A stretch of DNA of 61,874 nt, counting the filler, from Hausera hauseri (lineage: Eukaryota): assembly GCA_046269625.1 (NCBI GenBank). It is 12 parts of 12 records of this genome, joined end to end, with 100 filler letters (N's around TTAATTAATTAA, not from the genome) between each part and the next. Parts side by side here need not be neighbours in the genome. Positions count along the whole stretch, not along the records: positions 1 to 7,309 come from JBJURY010023230.1; positions 7,410 to 12,402 come from JBJURY010368371.1; 10 more parts are not named here. The stretch is one strand, 5' to 3'. Positions 1-12,502 of the stretch are shown piece after piece. The notes beneath the pieces were generated by a model. That model was not told where the DNA came from. It searched no databases and was given only the letters and a program-made list of their open reading frames with translations. Numbering within the stretch: the first letter of the stretch is position 1; every line of letters starts with the position of its first letter. The translations under genes and the position numbers were made by a program.

Positions 1-956
1 TTATAACTTATAAAGGGAAAACCACTCAATCTCTTGTGTATGTTGTGCTCTCTGTGTGCTCTCTCTTGACATGTATTTTCTGAAATGAATGTGCTTGGGT
101 GCACCAATAGTGTGCAATTACCAAAATAAAATGGTTAGGTTGTGTTTGATATATTTAGTGGGTGTAACTGTGTGCCTTGCGCTTGTAGAAGAGCTGGGAC
201 AGGCTCTAGCACCCCATAACTGACCCTGGGAAGTGATGAAAGAAAATGAACTTAAATGATATTTTCTGTGTTGTCGACAAACAACAATGTCACAAAGTGA
301 CCATAAAAACAATTAAAACCTTATAAGAAACTGTACTTACTCTGTTTTTTATTATTATATTTAAAATCCAATCAAACTCTATTTTCTATGAAGTATGCCT
401 GAATTCAATTGCATTCGAATGAATAAAAAAACCAAATAATTGTAATTTTAGGCAAATGTTTCTGTTGCACTGTATGATTATTTTATTTAACACTGAGTGA
501 CAAACTCCAAAGTATCCTGTTACATCAGAATATTCTTGACTTGTTTTTTTGTTCTCTATTTATTAAGGTCGCTGTAGTAGAATGAAAATATGGGACACTA
601 GTGTCTAGTATGTGTTATGGTATAACTAAATCATGAAAAAGTAAGGCAATAAATTACATACTTTCATACTTTGTATGAAAAAACCTCATCTTAAGGTCTA
701 AATAAAGAAACTTTTATAAAAGTGATGAAACAAGATTATTTGAAATCCTCAGTCAACGCATGACTGCATTTCAATATATTCATAATGTATTTTAATATTA
801 AAACATAGCTAACAAAGTCATCATAAAAACTTATAAGGCACCAGAACCTAAACCTGTTCTTCATGTACTCATATTGTAGATGTAGCTCTTTCCATATCTA
901 TCCTGCATCTTACATGTACTTTGCTGACATTATTCATCTAATTTCAAGGCATTAGG

Positions 957-1290
957 TTTACATTTGAAGGATTTAGAGGACACTTTTATCCAAAGCAACT
1001 TAGATTACAGTTACAGTCGTAGCAATGAGGCTTGAGCAGTGGTACCCTGGTGGAGTCCTTGGGATTAGTAGTGCTTCGCTTAGCTACAGCATTCGGATCA
1101 CCTCTCTTTTCTTCTGAATATGATTTTTCTTCTTATTTTCATTTACATTTTCAGAATTTAGTAGACGCCATTGTCAAAAGCAATGAGTGTTAATGGACCT
1201 TGTTTACCAACCCAACAGCAGCAACCTAGCAGTGGTGATACTTGAACAGCAACCTTCAGATTACTAGTTCTGTACCCTAACCACTAGGTG
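957..1290 (-). repeat. Two decayed teleost tRNA-derived SINE copies (approx. 957-1088 and 1140-1290)
   Basis: TTTACATTT...CTTTTATCCAAAGC tail and 'cttgaac..caaccttcagattactagt..ccttaaccactagg' head; related copies at ~3585-3675 (-) and ~6745-6918 (+). Confidence 0.65.
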
Positions 1291-2175
1291 CCAAGCAGAT
1301 CTCTGTGTCGAGATGATATGTTTTTAACAGATAAGAGCATCTTTAAAAACATATTTTTTTAACATTCTAATTACAGCATTTATTGGAAAGCCTACAATAG
1401 AGTCTTTATAATATTTAAAAATAATTTTTAAATATTTGTAGATGTAGATGTGGCGTCATGCCTTTGCAATAGAGTTCAACCCTATTTAAGGTTAGAAGTA
1501 ACAGCAAGCATATTGGTTTGTTGAGGCTTTCGTCCATGTCTGCTTTGAGGAAAAGCTAGTAATAACTGGCTTCATATAGAGAGGTCGATTATGTACGGGT
1601 AAGAAAGCCGCAACCTAATTCATATTAATTTTTAGGGTCAGATGGGAGTGTGCTACACAGTGAATGCTCTACAACCTCGGTGCCCGACTTTCTCTTGTTT
1701 TTGTTTTGTGATATTTTTTTCAGATAAGCCTGCTCCCTCAGCCATGTCTCTTGTTGCTCAGCCACTCACCAGTCTTCTTTTGATCCTGAGGTGTTTCAGG
1801 CCTCTCACTCACCTCCACTCACTATCATTCCTGCAATTGGCAACTTTTTATAGTTATTTAGCTTTTTAAACCATTCAAATCATTCCAGGAGTGTCTGCCG
1901 GGTGACATCGCCAAAATCCCCTCACCTAAAGACTCTCACTCTTAACCAAGAACATGTGCTCATGTTTGCTGAGCATCCAACTGAGGTGTCAGACAGAGGC
2001 AGATCAAATCCTGCATTGGAGTTTTTGTTTTTTGCCTACTGTGAAAATCAACATACTTTTGATCCAGTATTTGGTTTGGTTTTTGCTATTTAATTTCCAT
2101 TGTTACCTTTACATTTCATTTAATAAAATACTTGTGTTAACATTATTCTATGCATCTTTGCATCTGCCTGAACCT

Positions 2176-2632
2176 TGTTAAGGGTTAGACTTTAGGAAAT
2201 TACAATTAGCAATAATTATTTGTCAAATTAGTAAAATTTATATGAATGAGAATTGTCTGTTGGTCTTAAAGGAACTGTCCTCACAGAACATGTATTTTTA
2301 TAGGTTTAACCATCAGCTGGGACACAGCTGAGTCAGGTTCAAGATCGACTGGTAAGTTTAGATAATGAGACGATGACTACTCAGGTAGACTGGTGACAGT
2401 ATGGTGTGTGTAAACTAGATATTGGTTGGGCTACATGAGAAAGATCTCATGTGTATTTGTCTGCATATTCATGTCTGAAAATGTGTGGTTTGCACGAGGC
2501 CTAAAGCATCCATAAGGCCTAGAAAAGAAGGAGGAGTTTGGACTATAAAATGTGTCTTAAATTTCATTTGTATTAGTTTCAATTGTATTTTTTTCTTTAA
2601 TTCCAATGAATACAACAATTGGTGACCCAGCG
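2176..2632 (+). mobile_element. Possible LTR (TGTTA...TACAACA) followed by a PBS-like TGGTGACCC
   Basis: TG...CA ends at 2176/2617 and TGGTGACCC at 2620, resembling a tRNA-Trp PBS; no internal ORFs follow. Confidence 0.35.
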
Positions 2633-2992
2633 ACCTGGTTTAAATATCATGTGAACAAGTTGACGGACAAGGACCGTGGAGCTGACCTTTGATTACTCAT
2701 TCAACCCAGACTCATTCTAAAGAGGTAAGTAGAACAACTCTTTATTCGAAATTCTGCTAGATTAGTGGATTATTTAGATTAGTGTATGAGCGATTGATTC
2801 ATGACATCTCCATGGTAAGTCTGTCTGTAAATGTAATTGAGTATATTGAGTGATACAGTCTAGCTTGTAGTAAACATATTTAGGACCCATGGCTCAGTGT
2901 AACAAATTTAAATAAAAACCGAATGTATGAAGTTGTGTTTGAACTTACTCTTTTTATACCCAGTAATTTTACTGACATTCTACCAAGTGAAC

Positions 2993-3170
2993 TCCATCCA
3001 TCCATTATCTTTAACCCTTATCCTAATTATGGTTGGGTTGGGGTACTGGAACCTATCACAGCTTTTCATTGGGCGCAAGGCTTATGGTAACACCCTGGAT
3101 GGTGCGCCAGTCCATCGCAGATACTTACAGGGCAATACAAGGGCTCCAATTAACGTGGTAGCATGTCTTT
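2993..3170 (-). repeat. Fish V-SINE/Mermaid-like repeat fragment
   Basis: 'tccatccatt...cttatcct...ggaacctatc...caccctggatggtgcgccagtccatcgcag' matches a common teleost SINE pattern. Confidence 0.55.
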
Positions 3171-3783
3171 GGTATTCAAATATAGGATAATGTTAATTTT
3201 GTCAAAATAAAATTGAAAATGGTAAACTGTTATATGTTTTACATTCATAGCATGTAAAGTGGCATTTAAATTATTTTACATTTACCACTCAGAACAAAAT
3301 TCTGGAGTGGTACCGCATAAATGCAGAAACAACTTAAAACAACACACAGCCATAAAACAATGCAAAACAAACTTCAAATATATATATAATAATATAACAA
3401 AATCAAATATAATAATAACAGCAATATAGTACAATATAAATAATAATATAATAGTAATAAAACATAATAGCAGCAATATGCTGATGGGTGCAAAAAGGCG
3501 ACCATTTGGTATTAGTTAGTCCATTAAGCTTGCCAAAGATCGAAGCATGTACTAACTTCACACTTCCGCAAGTCTCAGCAACTGAGGGTTAAGGACCTTG
3601 CTTAGTAGCAACCTGGTGGGGCTTGAACCTGCCTCTTTCAGATTACTAGTTCACCTTAACCACTAGGCTACAGCTAACCTATACTTTCAGCCATAATGAA
3701 TATTTCATATGTTGAAACAGACCTTTTTACCACAATCTAATTCACACATGTATTGTGTGTATGATTGTTTTCTTCATCTGTAG

Positions 3784-5592
3784 ATTGATTCCAGTGTTGT
3801 ACTGTTTATGACCAATGAGAAGCTGAAAAAGTATCTGCCATCCTATGGTGAAGATCTTTTTGGATATTGCAGGCGCAGAGGAAATAATTCTATTGGTTGC
3901 AAGTCTAAACTTTTTGAATGTTTGAGAGCCAAGATATCAAGAAAGAAAAGTGATGATCAAGAGCATGGATCTGAACAAGAACCAACAAGGAATGCTCAGA
4001 AGAAAGTAAGACTACTTGAGGTAGGGATGATGCATTGTCGAGAAGGGAATTTTTTTCAAGTTAGAACCAAGAAAGGTGGGGGTACAAGAAAGATCAATGT
4101 TTCAAAGGACAAAAAGTTAGCTGATTGAAAAGGCACTACATTTGCTTTTTCCTGGTAAAAAATGCTGAGGGAAGAATCACTGATTTTCAGGAGCATTCAC
4201 TCGATAATAAGACAACCGTAGGGGGACTTTATGACCAGACAAAGTTACCTCTCGTCCGTTTTTACTTGACAACTAAAATAAAGGAAATGAACAGTGGGGA
4301 ACAGCCAAAGAATAGCAAATAATCTACCACACAGGATTTTGAAAACATGCAAGGTGCATACAGCTCAACTTTAACCAGTTCAAACATGTCTCTGAATACT
4401 GTCGATGTTATATATTCAGGAAGAAGTGATGGTCTTTCAAACATAAGCAGTGATGTTTCTTTACTTCATTCCACACCTGATATGACTGATTTAACCGGCG
4501 TGCAAGATTTTGATGCAGCCATTGGGGTTGATGTTTTGGATGACAGTGGCACTGTGACATCACAGGACAGGTTTCTGGAATGGAGGTCTTATTTATTGAT
4601 GACACTTTACCTCTGTCTCAGGAATCGTCATGTGCTTTTCCATTTTCTCATAGAGGTTTTACAGGAACCCTCTGTTCAAGCTAAGAAACTTCTTGTTCTG
4701 CATCGTGGTCAAATCTTTAAAGAGCTCATTGCACATTTTTGTGATGAAAGTGTTGCAAAGGATGATTATTTTGTCCAATTAATACTCCCAAATGGAAGAT
4801 TAAAAAAGGCTATTAATGAAGGTGGGTATTTGAGGGAAATACTCTCGGAATTTTGGCAGGACTTTTATGAACAACGCACTTTGGGGAATAACTACAAGGT
4901 CCCTTATCTTCGACATGATTTTGGACAATAGCAGTAGAAAAGCATTGGCCAAATCATTGCATTTGGTTGGCAGAAAGAGAAGAATCTGCCTGTTAAACGT
5001 GTACCTGTAATATTGGAACAAGCTTCCCTGGGATGCATTAAGAGTTCCTCAGGTATGTTTCCGAGTCCTGTCGTTCAGATTTTGAAAGTGTCAACCAACA
5101 CGGATTGCTGGAAGTCATGGATCTTTATATCTGTCGAACAGTGCCAACAGCTGATAACCAGAAACTAACCAGAAACTAATCCTGGAACCAGCCTTTGTGA
5201 TTGAGCAGTGGATCAATGTGCTTGAGCCCATGAGGTCTGAATTGGAAGGCATAACAGCTGCATATGAAAAACTACAGCCAACATCAAGAAAGGTCTAGAG
5301 GTCAGTTACTTAACCAGCTATTTTGAATGACCAGCAGAAGCACATTAGCAAGTATAACACATACCTAAGAGAATCTGACACCAACCTTTTCCTAAGGTTT
5401 TGCACCGGATCTGATTTGTTCATTGGCAAGAGCATTCATGTCAGTTTTACACAAATGCAAGACTTTCAAAGAAGACCAGTTGCACTCACATGTGGCTGCT
5501 TCCTGTACCAATAAATTATGACAGCTACCCAGATTTCTGACACAAAATAAAAAGTATTTGAGAGCAATTTGTGGATAATGGATATTGCTTAG
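3784..5592 (+). pseudogene. Decayed HECT-like (G2E3-type) domain gene of the kind associated with fish DNA transposons
   Basis: Frameshifted pieces: 'QVRTKKGGGTRK', 'GGYLREILSEFWQDFYEQ...KVPYLRHDF', HECT C-lobe 'LFLRFCTGSD...RRPVALTCG', ending 'NLWIMDIA*' at 5592. Confidence 0.65.
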
Positions 5593-6310
5593 TTTTATCT
5601 TTGTTATAGAAGTTTTAAGTTGCTAATAATTTGTACTGAGGAAGAAGTTAAGTTTTATTATTGAATTTATTAGAACAATTGTATTGTATATCAGCAAATT
5701 TAATCTGTTGTTCTTTTCAAACAATATACAGTTGATGTTTTTACTTAACAACAAAAATGTCAAAACGAAAACCTGTGCAACAATAACTTAAGCACAAAAA
5801 ATTTAAATGAACACTGCCATTCACATGTTAGTTTGAATCTGTATAAACATATATCACAAGAGACAACCTTTTGGTGTCGAGGTTTTCCAAAAGAAAATGA
5901 ACAATAGTTAATAAAAATTTGTTAAGTTTTATATGTAAAGTTCGTAGAATAAATATATGGAGAGACAAAGTCCTGATGGTGAAAGTGGATGAAAAGTGTG
6001 AATTGAAACAGATGGACTACAGTCAGTTATTGTGTAAGTGGAGCTAAAAAAATGGACAATGAGTATAAAAACAAGGAGGCGGTGTAATGTTATGACTGAT
6101 CAGTGTATTATGCTGTTTCTATATGATTGAGCATATGTACTGAATGTACAGAAGCTTTACCGTTTGGTTTGTTCATTTTTGAAAATCAATAAAAATATTA
6201 CATTTGTTGTCCTTTACTTTACTGAAATGATGTATGCTTAATAACAGCTTTATTGTGCAAACAATGCAACAAATATTACATCTACCAGATGAAAAATATA
6301 TCTCCTGTTT

Positions 6311-6631
6311 TTATGATTGTGTGTCCATCTCATTGCCTATGAGCTGTCTAAGTATTATGTGTAGATCCACTGTTTCAAAAACTAAATTTGTTAGTTCTAG
6401 ATTATGCTCTCAAATAAGGTCAACACATGTGTTAAACACATCTTCATCACATGGAAATTCTTTAAAAACACAATCGTCCAAGCAGGCTTCAACCTTTTCT
6501 AGATCTACACTGTGCAGACAGTCCCTGGCTCCATACAGTTGGGGTATCGCATGCAATATGGATGGTCGACCATGAGGACTTGGGCGTATTCTGTGGTTGT
6601 CCAAAGCCAAAGCAACCTCATTAAGTTCTTC
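6311..6631 (-). pseudogene. Last exon of an integrase-core (IS3EU-like) transposase
   Basis: Acceptor 'ccttttag' then EELNEVALALDNHRIRPSPHGRPSILHAIPQLYGARDCL...PCDEDVFNTC, resembling the 'WNxHRIRPS...PxGRP..Y' C-terminus of eukaryotic integrase-core proteins; one in-frame stop. Confidence 0.55.
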
Positions 6632-6744
6632 CTAAAAGGCAACAGATAATCAGTCCATACATAGACAGTTGATTTCAATACAGTACCTACTACAGTAGAA
6701 GGTGAAAGGGTAAAAATGTTAATCAGGACCTTGTTTAATTAAAT

Positions 6745-6918
6745 TTTAATTAAAGTATTGGACTAGTATTCTGAAGATTGCCAGATCAAACCTCACCACT
6801 GCCCGGTTGCTCCAAGGCCTTTAGGGTTTAAGGCCCTGGAGCAAAGCCCTTAACCCTAATTGCTCACACTGTATACTGTACTATACATCACTTTGGATAA
6901 AGACTTCTGCTAAATGTA
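6745..6918 (+). repeat. Teleost SINE copy (same family as 957-1290)
   Basis: Reverse-complement match to the 1140-1290 copy; ends '...tttggataaagacttctgctaaatg'. Confidence 0.6.
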
Positions 6919-7309
6919 GTATTTTCCTTCCAAAGACTAAAATACTTGCATATCAAAATAGGTTTGGCTTTTGTGGTGGACTGGAGAGTATTTTAAATAA
7001 ACATGATTTAAACAGTTCATGCAAGCAAGCATAAAATTGATTAAATTAATAAATAGCAGAAACTTTAGTTTTCCAATTATTTAGTCCAGTTTCTGAAACA
7101 GTATGAGTATAGATCTTGAAATGTCTTGCAGCAAGCACGCCTGGTTCCTGTCTCATCGATCAGGAGCAGCGTTGATGGCATGTCAGTCGAGTAGTGCAGA
7201 CTTGAGCGGTGAACAGGTCACCATCAGAAATATCACCTGGGAGTAAAACCACAGAAGATGTAGTTAAAAAGTGAAATGATTAAGAGTGCACAGTTTTGGA
7301 GAGTAGATT

Positions 7310-7409
7310 NNNNNNNNNNNNNNNNNNNNNNNNNNNNNNNNNNNNNNNNNNNNTTAATTAATTAANNNNNNNNNNNNNNNNNNNNNNNNNNNNNNNNNNN
7401 NNNNNNNNN
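7310..7409. other. Artificial contig linker (first of 11)
   Basis: N44-TTAATTAATTAA-N44; identical linkers start at 12403, 16447, 21480, 26322, 31189, 35755, 43629, 48095, 52439 and 56766. Confidence 0.98.
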
Positions 7410-7990
7410 AAGACATTTCAGTGTAAACATTTGTTGACAATATCTTACCACACGCAATGCAATGGTATGGTGGAACAAATGAACCGAACCATTCAAGGTA
7501 TCTTATCAATAAAGGTTGCACATGACCAGAAAGACTGGCAGTCACATCTTAAAACCACAGCCTTTGCAATTAATACAACACCAACAAAAGGTACTAACCG
7601 TTTGCCATTTGAGTTTATGTTTGGTCGACTACCGCTTTTACTATTGGACACGGAATTGTTACCATCTTCGCTGAAAACAAGTGACTACATAGATGAACAA
7701 TATTAAAGTTTGTTAACGAGACTTAAATATTTTCAACAGGAAGCCAGAATTCGAAGAGAAATATAAAGCTGGTTATAATAAACAATTTAACCAGAAAGCT
7801 CGTCCACATAAGTATAAAGTCGGCGATTATGTTATGATACATTACCCTGCCGTTAAGAAAGGAAAATCAATAAAATTAACACATACTGGACAAGGACGGT
7901 ACAAAGTGGTAGACGTCCGTCCTCAAACGCTTTTTGTGGAAAAAAAGCAGATAAATATGAAGCAGTGTCCGTACAACGCGTAACTAGAGC
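7410..7990 (+). pseudogene. pol: Ty3/Gypsy integrase C-terminal half (decayed)
   Basis: 'SYHTQCNGMVEQMNRTI...DWQSHL...FAINTT...PFEFMFGR' then 'YKVGDYVM...KLTHTGQGRYKVV' (GPY/F-like); stops and frameshifts. Confidence 0.9.
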
Positions 7991-9971
7991 ACCTGCCTCG
8001 TACAATGAATTTATACGACAAACAGATTTAGACTATTCGACAACTGTAGAACCTAAAGTAACTGTTTTGACTCATAAACCAACTAATCTAAAATCTTCTG
8101 GTTATCAAGTTCACACTATATCGGGTAGATACTTTTGTACGATTCTACTTATTCTATTGACGTTTTTCCCAACTTCCTTAGTTGCTGCAAGCAACAACAC
8201 TGCAATAAATGTGGCCAATTTAGAATTAGTGCGACGCACTACCATTACTCATGTCGATAAAAACACACCTATCATTTGTTTCCGAACACATTCACCAGTA
8301 TTTTCACATCACGCAGTAAACCTTATATTCACCTCATCAAAGTATATATCGATTAGCTGTATAATTCCAGAAAATTAAACTAAAACGTGTTGTCAACTGC
8401 AATATAACACTTCTTACACCTATTCCGTACTATCAAAAGCCTTACTCACGATAGATCCATCATTAAGTGGACTTTAAACATTAATATTCATGTTCCTACT
8501 TATAGTGTCATGACAATATTGGATGAATCAGATACATTTAATTTTGACAAATTTTCGGCAGGATTCATACAGAATAATATTGAAATCTTAGATGTAGACC
8601 AACATCCCCCGTGTATCACTTTTCGAACCATACGGCTATTGCCTCTTGGATATGAAATCAATATATGGTACGATACTTATTTAAACATGTACCACAACCA
8701 CATTTTTGTCATCTTAATGGCAGACATCCTTGGATATGTTGTACCCTCTATACCGATACTTGGTACTCAATCCGTTTTGACATGTACTTTGCAATTTAAG
8801 GCAAACCTAGCAACCTAATTTACACTTATCGACTGCCAATTTTTATTTTCGTCACGCGTGAACAACTTAAGTCACGTATGGTGACAAATACAACTACTAC
8901 GACAAGCACTACTACGGTTATTACCAAATCACCTAGCGTAGTCATCCCTAAGGGTAGGGGAAAAGATGTTGATCAAAAATTAAAAGAAAGAAATGGGACT
9001 GACGTTGATCATCAAAAATTAAAAGTGCAATCACAACCGAAAATAAACAAACACATTTCACGGAAAACTTATGACGCATTTTACTATAAAAGTTAAACTA
9101 AAACCTTACATAGACCGAATTGAGATAATTCTCTCACAGGAATTAAAGAAAATATACTGATAACCTGCACCAGTATGTACGGAAAAGTTACAAAGAATAG
9201 AATAAAAACAAAAGGACTTTTTGCGCAGAATTAATTCCTGATACAAATTACCTAGTGTTAATAAAGACACAGAATAATGCTAAACTTTTGGCGATCAAAA
9301 CGCTGCCCATGGCAGACAGATATCTACATATTAGATACAATGAAGAGAACGAAAAATTGAGAATAACCATGACAAGGGCAATAACTATCGAAACGTATTT
9401 TGAGAAATATTGGTGTATTTTCTTTACAATCATTGGTATTAGTACAATTATAATAATAACAATTGTATTCTGGAAAAAGTTAAAATGCAAGAAGAGAAAG
9501 AAATACAAATCACAATACTCGGTAATCCGAAGTACCAGAGCTTACGCTATGATTAAACCGTATTCAGCCCTTAGTGAGAGAACAAACGAAATAGATAGAG
9601 AAAATAATGAATTACGAGACATTGCAGGTACAGTACCAATAACATCAGACGAAAAAGAAAATATACATACTACATTTTGTCTCATACGAATTTTAGTATT
9701 AGGATTCATTAAAGATATCTCTAAGAATCAATTGGAAGAATTGCTTACCAACTATGCATTAATAACCGCTACCATTGGAGGACTTATCATTATGGTTCAA
9801 ATTATTACAAGCAAAATCTTAACCAATCAGAGAAAATATAACTTAATGCAAACTCTTATTGGTCAACTAATCAAATTCAGTCAGTGTGAATATAAATTTA
9901 AATTATTTCTTTGTAGACCTGACAAAATGACACAACGAAACAATTTTCAAAACCAAACTCCCAAATTGTGA
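7965..9971 (+). pseudogene. Fragmented post-integrase membrane protein (env position, family unassigned)
   Basis: Signal-like 'YFCTILLILLTFFPTSLVAA', beta-rich ectodomain pieces, Thr-rich stalk (8878-8930), TM 'WCIFFTIIGISTIIIITIVFW' followed by KKLKCKKRKK. Confidence 0.55.
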
Positions 9972-10031
9972 AGCATCAGTTAGAAAACAGAACCAGTCAA
10001 AAACATCAATCAGAAACAGAACCAGTCAGAA

Positions 10032-11327
10032 ATGAAATACAGTCAAATCCCAGAAAAGAAAACAACCCGAAAAATTCAGGCCAAAACGTTACCATCTAAT
10101 CACGGAATCAGGCGTCTCTCTGCCGCAGATCAAACTATGGCCATCGCATTTTATGAAAGAATGACTGAACATTCTGAAGAGAAGATATATAAAGTCGGAG
10201 AAATTTCGAACTATTTCAAATACGGAGAAGTTAGGAATAGGCAACTAATTCCTATTAAAATAGTCAGAATGGACACCAGATATCAATTACCAAAGGTGGA
10301 TGAAAATAAAATAGGAATCGACATACACATAGCTTTGGGAAAAGTCGAAATAAAATTCCACAAATCAAATGAAGAAAACGATAACTCAAGTCAGAATTCC
10401 GAGAATCATGAAGATCTGACAGAAATTTTACATATCCAAGAATCAATCCAAATTAACTATCCTTTGGAACCAAGTCGCATACAGTTGGTCACAAAAGAAA
10501 TGATGACTATCGGACTATTGGAAATATTCAAGGCAGAAATAATGCACCATTGGCCAGAACCGATGAAATTTAAAGAAGAACCATCGGAGAAGGAATTGGG
10601 AACAAATCCAAACATTTTAATGACAATCAAAGCGAGAACCACGCGATATATCGCAGTCTCCTTCTCATATGGATTCAAATCAGACGGAACTCAGTTGATA
10701 CTACCAGTAGAAATCATAATAGCCGAACAAGATGGAGAAATTATCTTCCACGAATTTATATTTCCAAGAAGAATGATTAACAATTTAAATAAAGTCAGAC
10801 ATGGAGTTGATTGGAATCAAATTAATAGCGAATTGGACTCCCCAAAAGTGCAAGCTGAATTTATCAAATACATAATGGGATTTAAAATCGTTGCTTTGGA
10901 GGCACATAAAGTTTTTAAAGCATTGCGCATACCCGTGACTTGCGCTAGTGCAATATTCGACCCAATAAAATGTCTAGAAAGAATTAATGAAGAAGCAATC
11001 ACCAATATAAGTCATATGATCAAAACTATGGGACTACCGAAATACCCAAGTACCACTAAAGGAAAGCTACAATTAACAAGAGGAATGTCAGAAATTTATG
11101 ATTGGATACCCACCAATCCTTCGGACAATATAAATGAATATGGAGACCTTCACAACCGCGATGATAAATATATCAAAGGAATGAATTGGGAATTTGATGT
11201 AACAATGGAAGTAGGGAAAGAAAGGATAACTATAGAAATCAAAACCAATGATCATGAATCGGTAACTGATAGAAGTATAAAAATCATTGAACAGGAATCA
11301 GCAACTAAAAGCAAACTAACAATCTAA
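10032..11327 (+). CDS. Retroelement accessory protein with degenerate DEDDh (REX4/ISG20-like) exonuclease domain
   Basis: 431-aa open ORF; 'RYIAVSFSYG...PVEIIIAEQDGEIIFHEFIFPRRMINNLNKVRHGV...VQAEFIKYIMGFKIVA' parallels the REX4/ISG20 pattern but lacks the ExoI D-x-E. Confidence 0.6.
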   Translation: MKYSQIPEKKTTRKIQAKTLPSNHGIRRLSAADQTMAIAFYERMTEHSEEKIYKVGEISNYFKYGEVRNRQLIPIKIVRMDTRYQLPKVDENKIGIDIHIALGKVEIKFHKSNEENDNSSQNSENHEDLTEILHIQESIQINYPLEPSRIQLVTKEMMTIGLLEIFKAEIMHHWPEPMKFKEEPSEKELGTNPNILMTIKARTTRYIAVSFSYGFKSDGTQLILPVEIIIAEQDGEIIFHEFIFPRRMINNLNKVRHGVDWNQINSELDSPKVQAEFIKYIMGFKIVALEAHKVFKALRIPVTCASAIFDPIKCLERINEEAITNISHMIKTMGLPKYPSTTKGKLQLTRGMSEIYDWIPTNPSDNINEYGDLHNRDDKYIKGMNWEFDVTMEVGKERITIEIKTNDHESVTDRSIKIIEQESATKSKLTI

Positions 11328-11357
11328 GATGAACTAGAAGAACCGGATTGCAAAATA

Positions 11358-12186
11358 TTGGATTTAGAAGATACGACAAAAATCAAAACAAAGACAATCA
11401 ATACGCTGAAAAGGAAGAATGAAATAGACACTCAAACCGAAGAGTTGGATAACAATAAATTAATGAAACAATTACTGAGCTCTCTCTTTAAAAGCAAAAG
11501 ACCGAAAATACAAGTTAACGACATTTTGCTAATATCCATGGCCAATGGAATTTCGATACCCATCGTTATAGATGAGGTGCTACCTGACAAAACAGTAACA
11601 ACTCAACCAGGAATCAAACAACGACAGATACACAATTGGGAATCAAAAATTACACAATAGTGAATCAGAAATTATTGTCATGAAGTATACTAAATTGAAA
11701 GTTAAGAAAACTGACTTGTTGTCATACCAAGAAACCAGGGATACATTAAAACTTCGAATCGAGATGAATCCTGACAAAGTGCCTCTATTTAAAGGATTTC
11801 TGGTAAGCTCTAATTAGGTTATACGAGATTTCACAGTTAAAAACAGTGCACTGGAACTATCTGCACTACTAGTAATACGAAAAGTTCAAACAATATGGAT
11901 TCTTATAAGAGGATCAACCATGGCAGATTTCGTACAATTGTTATCTGAGCTATGCATGGATAATCAGTATAATCACCACTTTGGGACATCGCAAAATATA
12001 ATAGGCCCCAGAAACCGTGACTCTAACATTAAACCACCGACGAACCCAGCGATACTTGCAAGAATCAAGGAAAAATTTGAAACCATTGTGGAGAAGACGC
12101 AGGATGACGAATTACCGACGAAAACCAAGATTATAATAACGCTTGAAGCCGCTGATGACAATAACGTAAATCTGGATAATCATTGA
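11358..12186 (+). pseudogene. Further decayed accessory ORF pieces of the contig B retroelement
   Basis: Same strand and A-rich codon style, ORFs 11358-11660 and 11920-12186; no recognisable motif. Confidence 0.35.
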
Positions 12187-12502
12187 CATATTTGAACATG
12201 ATTGACATTTGATTCTTTTGTTTACATTCATTGTGGTGCCCACAGCGGCCGGTGTCCTCTGGCCCATTTGGTTGGACACGGCCGGGCGTCCGTTGCCTCC
12301 GCGTCAGGCCCATAGTCGAGCCCGATCTTTCTCCTCAAGATCACCACGAGATAGCGGTGTTAGTTCTCACTCGTTCATTCAAAATTCATCTGCTCCTCTA
12401 TGNNNNNNNNNNNNNNNNNNNNNNNNNNNNNNNNNNNNNNNNNNNNTTAATTAATTAANNNNNNNNNNNNNNNNNNNNNNNNNNNNNNNNNNNNNNNNNN
12501 NN

